DNA of 64,000 nt from sequence record MZ291552.2; one strand, 5' to 3'. A program made the position numbers and the translations under genes. The stretch's first letter is position 1. Each line of letters starts with the position of its first letter. Under the pieces are notes generated by a model. That model saw only the letters and a list, made by a program, of their open reading frames with translations, was not told the origin of the DNA and did no database searches. Of this stretch, positions 58,828-64,000 are shown piece by piece. Source of the DNA: Escherichia phage vB_EcoM-UFV09.

Positions 58828-59013
58828 TTAATAGAGAGCTAAAAGAGTACGATATACTTCAAACTTTGGACCTTTTTCATATGGATCAAATCTTTCCGTG
58901 AATTCATCATATGCTAGTTTATCTGGGAATTCAAGAATAACCTGCGATACCGCAGTGGAAACATCTCCACCTTCTTTTTGAGCCACGACAATTGTTTCTA
59001 AGTAAGCTTTCAT
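58828..59013 (-). CDS. Hypothetical small protein between ligase and alt
   Basis: 61-aa ORF overlapping the ligase stop; terminator-like hairpin AAAGGCC-CGAA-GGCCTTT at 58809-58826. Confidence 0.5.
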   Translation of the reverse strand: MKAYLETIVVAQKEGGDVSTAVSQVILEFPDKLAYDEFTERFDPYEKGPKFEVYRTLLALY

Positions 59014-60473
59014 AAACCAGTTACCTCATGAAAATCGCCAAATACATCTTCGAACGTATTAGCTTTAGTTTTATCTTCACGTAAACGAATTGCAATTGGA
59101 AGAAATAGCTTAACGTAATCAGTACGTCCATCTAATTTTACCCAGCCGTTGCATTCGCACTCTAGAATTTTTCCAATATAATAATTTTGGTTTTCCATAA
59201 TGCGAGTACGATCAAGTTCATGCGATTTTATACCGGCTTTATCTTTTAAGCCTGAACCAGCATTTACTTTAATTTTTCCACACTCTGATTCAAGAATGAA
59301 ACCACCTGCTTTAGTAGGGTCTTTACGGTGAGGATAAATTCCTACAATTTTTAAATCAACATCAATTACTTCTTTAAATTTATAAAGATTTTTTGAACGA
59401 GCATTTTCCCATAATCCATCGATATTTTTGAGAATAATACCTTCAAGACCTTGGTCAATATACTTTTTATAAATTACCTTAGCTTCATCTAGGTTATTTA
59501 CTATCTGGTTTTCAATTAAAATTACTTTATCATAGCCTGATGTCATTTGTTCTAGTTTAGAAAAACGTACATCATATTTTAAACGAAATGCTGGAAGACC
59601 ATATATTTCTACTAATGGAACATAGTCCCAGACCTGAAACTTCATGCATTGTGCTTCTTTTTCCGAAATGGTTCCCTTTAAAGATTTATTAGCGATTCCA
59701 TTAGAAGTAGTACGTGATTCAGCTACTTCGGCGAATTCTTTAGCTTTACTAATTTCAGGATAAGCATCAAAAAGAAAATCTAGGCCTTCTGGCTCCTTTT
59801 TAACCTGCTCATGGTATACCAATTCGCCATCAATTAACACACCTTCTGGATGAATCTGGCGAGCTTCTGCAGTCATTTTGATTAACTCTTCTTTAAGAAG
59901 ATCTAATCCTAGATATTCATTGCCAGCTCGTGATAAAAGACGAACATCATCTAATTCATCACCTCTGACTTCAGCAAAACAGCGAGCTCCATCAGCTTTT
60001 AGCTGTGCAAAGGCTGGAAATTTGATATTCTTATTAATGCCTTTTTCGTCATAAGAACTTGCTAGCATTTGAGGTTGTTCAGGAATTAAACCTGGCCAAA
60101 CTTTGTTTGCAATAGATACTGATGCACCGCATTCAAGGTCTCGCATCATCACCCGACGCAAAACTTCAACATCATCTTTTTTACCATCGGTGATATATCC
60201 GATTAATTCCTCAATTGCCGCATTTCCAGTCAATTTCCGAGTAGCTAACGTGAATTCAATGAAGTCAAGCATATCGGTAAGAGTCAACATTCCAAAACTC
60301 TGGGTAGTAATACCCGGTTTAGGCCATTTCTTGATATAATACTGTAACCCACGAGAATAAGTCAGACGATATACTCGTTTAAGCAATTCATTATCTTTAT
60401 TCTTTTCAAGAATTGCTTGCTTCTGCTTAGTTGAACCAATAGATGCTATTTCGTTCAGAATTTTAAGAATCAT
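59010..60473 (-). CDS. 30: DNA ligase (ATP-dependent)
   Basis: 487 aa starting MILKILNEIASIGSTKQKQAILEKNKDNELLKRVYRLTY; adenylation site KADGAR. Confidence 0.97.
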   Translation of the reverse strand: MILKILNEIASIGSTKQKQAILEKNKDNELLKRVYRLTYSRGLQYYIKKWPKPGITTQSFGMLTLTDMLDFIEFTLATRKLTGNAAIEELIGYITDGKKDDVEVLRRVMMRDLECGASVSIANKVWPGLIPEQPQMLASSYDEKGINKNIKFPAFAQLKADGARCFAEVRGDELDDVRLLSRAGNEYLGLDLLKEELIKMTAEARQIHPEGVLIDGELVYHEQVKKEPEGLDFLFDAYPEISKAKEFAEVAESRTTSNGIANKSLKGTISEKEAQCMKFQVWDYVPLVEIYGLPAFRLKYDVRFSKLEQMTSGYDKVILIENQIVNNLDEAKVIYKKYIDQGLEGIILKNIDGLWENARSKNLYKFKEVIDVDLKIVGIYPHRKDPTKAGGFILESECGKIKVNAGSGLKDKAGIKSHELDRTRIMENQNYYIGKILECECNGWVKLDGRTDYVKLFLPIAIRLREDKTKANTFEDVFGDFHEVTGL

Positions 60474-60739
60474 TGTTCATCCTTTAGAGTTTGGTTTACA
60501 GCTCTATTATAAATCAATTCATCATTAAGCTCAGTCAAAGACCTGTGGTACGTGGTTCTAACTTTATTTCCTTGCATCCAGTGCTTGACGTAAATGAAAC
60601 CTTGCTCTACACATTTTTTAAAAATTCGTTCGTCTTTTTGAGCTCGGAATTCTGGATTGCATCTAAAAAATTGATTTACGTGACCGTAATCACGTGTAGT
60701 ATTACCTTCATTTTCATAAATAGTATGAACAACAAACAT
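60470..60739 (-). CDS. Hypothetical protein (T4 30.1-position ORF)
   Basis: 89-aa ORF with ATGA overlap to the ligase gene. Confidence 0.6.
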   Translation of the reverse strand: MFVVHTIYENEGNTTRDYGHVNQFFRCNPEFRAQKDERIFKKCVEQGFIYVKHWMQGNKVRTTYHRSLTELNDELIYNRAVNQTLKDEQ

Positions 60740-61581
60740 TAGAATGCTCCTTGTAAAATATTATCACCACTAGTAGGTCTATTATACAAATACTCTATGC
60801 CACCGGGTTTAATATAATTCCATGTCTGAAACGGATACACATGATATGGATGTGTATAATATGGATGGTATGGATTTAATCCAGGAGTTCTCCAGGTAGT
60901 GTTCCAAGGAAAAGAATCGTTTTTAATCATCTTTTCAATTACATCTTTTATAGCTTTTTCACTATCAAAACTTTCTTTATTTTCCTTCGATGGAAAAAGC
61001 TTATTCTCTACATCATTCCATGTATAAACTCGCTGTGCAGTTTTTGGAATACTGTCACGCTCCCCTCGAGCCATCCAATAAACAGGAACATTTAATATTT
61101 CACTCGCATGATCGCAGTGGTGAGCGAGATCGTCAATATAACAAATTACGTTATATTTCTCTTTTGCCTTTTTGAATAACTCTTCTTTTGAAGAATCATG
61201 ACCACACATCAATACTTCTGAGAAGGCACCAGGAAAAAGAGCATTCAAATTAAATTGACGATTCAGCAGAGCGTCAATAGAATCACCCAGTGCTGTAACA
61301 GCTACAAAATTATAATCTTCTTTTAATTTGTTAATTACACACAGGGCATCTTTATATGGAGACAAATAGCGAATAAAATCTGAACGATTATACTTTTCGA
61401 TTAATTTAACACCAAGTTCTTCATCGCAATTAAAGAGCTTACCAGGAGAAATAAATTTTTCATCCTGAATCATTTTTAAAATATGTTCTAACGGAAGATT
61501 ATATTTTTGGGCAAAATAAGGAAGGCCTGATTGCCAGCTTAAACACACCCCGTCAATATCAGTCAAAATAGTAGGCTTCAT
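60739..61581 (-). CDS. HAD-superfamily phosphatase-like protein (T4 30.2-position ORF)
   Basis: 280 aa; N-terminal DIDGV (HAD motif I DxDG). Confidence 0.6.
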   Translation of the reverse strand: MKPTILTDIDGVCLSWQSGLPYFAQKYNLPLEHILKMIQDEKFISPGKLFNCDEELGVKLIEKYNRSDFIRYLSPYKDALCVINKLKEDYNFVAVTALGDSIDALLNRQFNLNALFPGAFSEVLMCGHDSSKEELFKKAKEKYNVICYIDDLAHHCDHASEILNVPVYWMARGERDSIPKTAQRVYTWNDVENKLFPSKENKESFDSEKAIKDVIEKMIKNDSFPWNTTWRTPGLNPYHPYYTHPYHVYPFQTWNYIKPGGIEYLYNRPTSGDNILQGAF

Positions 61582-62042
61582 AGAGAGTCTCTTAATAGGT
61601 TTAACACATCAATAAATTCAGCTTCGGTTAGTATTGTATCATCTTTTGTTAGACCACTAGCCATGCTGTGCTTCAAAACTTTTCCTTTTGAGGCTTGTAA
61701 GGCATCACGAAACCCCTTGTTTTGAATCGCTGCTTCAAAATATGCATTTGTATACAACTCTTTCCATGCTGCAGAGTATCTTGAAAAGGGAATTCCAAGC
61801 CAGAAAAGCGTCCCACGGTCCGCAGCTCTTGCATAAGCTCTTCCACTTTGCTGGGCGGCCAAGCCGGAGAGCCTAAATATACGACGTTGTTGTTCAACAT
61901 TTTTCACCTTGCATCCTTGGAGGAATCCTTCAAGACCTCCGAATTGAATACCATCCATGACGAAAGGCCATTGGGCGAAATTACTTAATGCACACGATGG
62001 CCATCTAAAATTGCTTCTAATCTCTAACTCAGACATTTTCAA
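61578..62042 (-). CDS. Hypothetical protein (T4 30.3-position ORF)
   Basis: 154-aa ORF. Confidence 0.6.
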   Translation of the reverse strand: MKMSELEIRSNFRWPSCALSNFAQWPFVMDGIQFGGLEGFLQGCKVKNVEQQRRIFRLSGLAAQQSGRAYARAADRGTLFWLGIPFSRYSAAWKELYTNAYFEAAIQNKGFRDALQASKGKVLKHSMASGLTKDDTILTEAEFIDVLNLLRDSL

Positions 62043-62235
62043 TACTTATAATTTCAACATCAGCCCAATGACCATAGCAAGGAAGACGAAATTCAACTGG
62101 CCAGTTAGGGTCCTTTTCTAATATAATAGACTTAACTTGTGGTTCTTCATGTTCATCAGTATATGGATTTTTATCTGTTACTTTATATGTGACCTTAATG
62201 TATTGAATTCCAAAAATCTTATTAATTATATTCAT
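62029..62235 (-). CDS. Hypothetical small protein
   Basis: 68-aa ORF in an overlapping early gene array. Confidence 0.5.
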   Translation of the reverse strand: MNIINKIFGIQYIKVTYKVTDKNPYTDEHEEPQVKSIILEKDPNWPVEFRLPCYGHWADVEIISIENV

Positions 62236-62429
62236 ACTAATTCCTTTAATCCGTAAATAGGAGACAATTCATCACCCATACGAAGGTCTTCATTTCCATC
62301 TACCCAGGAAACAATATAAGCCTCTTTTATTTGAACACCACTCCATTTAAACGGAGGTAGAACCTTAGAAATTAATCCAGGTATACCAACTCCCTTTAAT
62401 TCAACAGTTTGACCTAAAAAGAATTTCAT
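62232..62429 (-). CDS. Hypothetical small protein
   Basis: 65-aa ORF. Confidence 0.5.
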   Translation of the reverse strand: MKFFLGQTVELKGVGIPGLISKVLPPFKWSGVQIKEAYIVSWVDGNEDLRMGDELSPIYGLKELV

Positions 62430-62716
62430 TAGAACCTCATCTGAAAACCATGCGATTTAACATTACCGCCGCCAATATCAGAAATATTAATTTCACGCGC
62501 AATCGAAGGATCGATGTCAATTTCACGATTAAGTTTAGCGATAGCTAAAGTATCACGCCCATTTACAGTACGGAACTCTAAAGGACAAACCACATCAACG
62601 TAATTTTTAATCGATTCACTGGTAGGTTGCAAATGAGCAGGAAGGTCTTTGGGCGCCTTTGAGAAAACCACTTCACAGAAATTTTTGCGGGTGTCAAAAT
62701 AAGTAGTCATAAACAT
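62429..62716 (-). CDS. Hypothetical protein
   Basis: 95-aa ORF; hairpin GGGGCC-GAAG-CCCC at 62735-62750 upstream. Confidence 0.55.
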   Translation of the reverse strand: MFMTTYFDTRKNFCEVVFSKAPKDLPAHLQPTSESIKNYVDVVCPLEFRTVNGRDTLAIAKLNREIDIDPSIAREINISDIGGGNVKSHGFQMRF

Positions 62717-62757
62717 AATATTTTCCTCAGTAAGGGGCCGAAGCCCCTCATTTATTT

Positions 62758-63123
62758 TTAAATATCAAATTCGTTAAGAACTACATCAAAGATTGCTTCA
62801 AGATGCTCAGGTTTAGCTCTGTTACTCAGAATATGACGAATCCAAGTTTTAACCAAAAGCTTACGATTATCACCATTCCAGCAAGGATGAGTCCCTAAAT
62901 CGCGTTGACGAAAATCATCATCCAAAGCGATTTTGAAGTTGGAACCTTCCATTGTGATTGAAACCGTGATGCCATTTTCAAATCGCATATAAACATAATT
63001 AGGAGTCATATACTGTTCAATTTCGCATACTGATCCATTTTGATGTTTCCAAAGGCAAATAGTATCAATAGAACCTGCAATACCATTAGAAACATATTTA
63101 CGTTCAAAGTTGATGTAGTTCAT
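62758..63123 (-). CDS. Hypothetical protein
   Basis: 121-aa ORF. Confidence 0.55.
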   Translation of the reverse strand: MNYINFERKYVSNGIAGSIDTICLWKHQNGSVCEIEQYMTPNYVYMRFENGITVSITMEGSNFKIALDDDFRQRDLGTHPCWNGDNRKLLVKTWIRHILSNRAKPEHLEAIFDVVLNEFDI

Positions 63124-63191
63124 TTTTGTTCTCCGAGATGTTTAATTGCGGTACAGGTATATAATATCATATCCTGTACCAAAGTAAACAA

Positions 63192-63524
63192 TTATTTTAC
63201 TACTTTCCAGTGCTGCATGTCAAGTTTACCGACTTTTTTCATCTTCTCAATTAAGCGTTCGGCACGTTGGCGAGCTGTAACATAATACCATTCACCTAAT
63301 TCATTTTGTTCAATTTTTCCAACGATTACTGTATTCAATTCATAAATCCAACCAGTAAAGAAATTATGAACTTGAATTGTAAAGGTGAAATCTGTTCCCA
63401 TACCTTCTGTTGTTTCTACTTCAATAATATCACCTTCAACTGCCATTAAGAACCACATAGTTTCGTTATATTCACCATTGAAGCATTTAGCTTTAACTGA
63501 AGCGTTCAGATTAATCGTTTTCAT
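63192..63524 (-). CDS. Hypothetical protein
   Basis: 110-aa ORF; early-type TGTAAACAACTTT element upstream at 63575-63590. Confidence 0.55.
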   Translation of the reverse strand: MKTINLNASVKAKCFNGEYNETMWFLMAVEGDIIEVETTEGMGTDFTFTIQVHNFFTGWIYELNTVIVGKIEQNELGEWYYVTARQRAERLIEKMKKVGKLDMQHWKVVK

Positions 63525-63634
63525 TTTATTCTCCTTTGTTTGTGTAAGATAATACTATCACAAAGGAACCATACTGTAAACAACTTTATGCAATCGTTGG
63601 AAAATAAAAAAGGACTCCCGAAGGAGTCCTCAAC

Positions 63635-63811
63635 TTATGCTTTCTGCTTACCAAAACGAGAAGCATCATCTCGAAGAACCGCACGTGCTCGGCGCATGAT
63701 CTTCTCAACAGTTTGATTGATACGAGAGTTCGACCCACGCTTGTAGCCAGCGCGTTTAGAATCACCAACTTTCTTTTCAACTGCTTTCTTTGCTTTAACT
63801 TGTTTTGCCAT
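63635..63811 (-). CDS. Small highly basic protein
   Basis: Start set at MAKQVKAKK with AAGAGA Shine-Dalgarno (the ORF-track start at 63853 has none); Lys/Arg-rich. Confidence 0.5.
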   Translation of the reverse strand: MAKQVKAKKAVEKKVGDSKRAGYKRGSNSRINQTVEKIMRRARAVLRDDASRFGKQKA

Positions 63812-64000
63812 TATAAATTCTCTTTTAAATGAAAATGCAGGACTTATTGGCATTGCCTGCGCAAGCCCTCAAGGGGAACATAGGTTTTTGGGTATTTAAC
63901 GACCAGGATAACCATAAACCCGTCATCATTCACATTCAAGAGGTACACCATAAAACTGCCGGGGTCTTAAAACTATAATGATTCGCAAATCATTAATCAG

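Noticed and set aside
63900-64000. Possible start of another minus-strand gene at the right edge
   Set aside because: Too little sequence to define a frame or start; left unannotated.

Overview
This window is a contiguous block of a T4-like (Tequatrovirus-type) myovirus genome, read here with the late structural genes on the + strand. Protein identities are called from recalled T4 sequences and lengths, not from a database search. From left to right: the N-terminus of endolysin e (partial) and nudE with a run of small early ORFs on the - strand; an internal-protein-like gene flanked by repeated terminators; an 11-tRNA array; ipI, 57B, 57A, 1, 3, 2 and 4 on the - strand; then the + strand late block 53, 5, 5.1, 5.4, 6-12, wac, 13-20, 67, 68, 21-24. 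This is followed by rnlB, a disrupted hoc, and inh (-); uvsW (+); uvsY, 25, 26 (-); 51, 27, 28, 29, 48, 54 (+); and finally two tandem alt-like ADP-ribosyltransferase genes, DNA ligase 30 and a run of small early ORFs (-). Gene order and near-identical protein sequences to T4 make the core calls secure. No CRISPR array, transposase or homing endonuclease ORF is visible. The most interesting departures from T4 are: an in-frame TAA stop plus an internal 288-bp tandem duplication in hoc; two full-length alt paralogs; a self-contained cassette for a head-targeted internal-protein-like gene; an expanded tRNA set with a tRNA-like remnant; and a block of small unknown ORFs between ipI and the tRNAs. 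I did not find a clearly new multi-gene system; the candidates below are the places I would look. The ORF track uses TTG/GTG as well as ATG starts, so several starts were moved to the ATG with a Shine-Dalgarno sequence.
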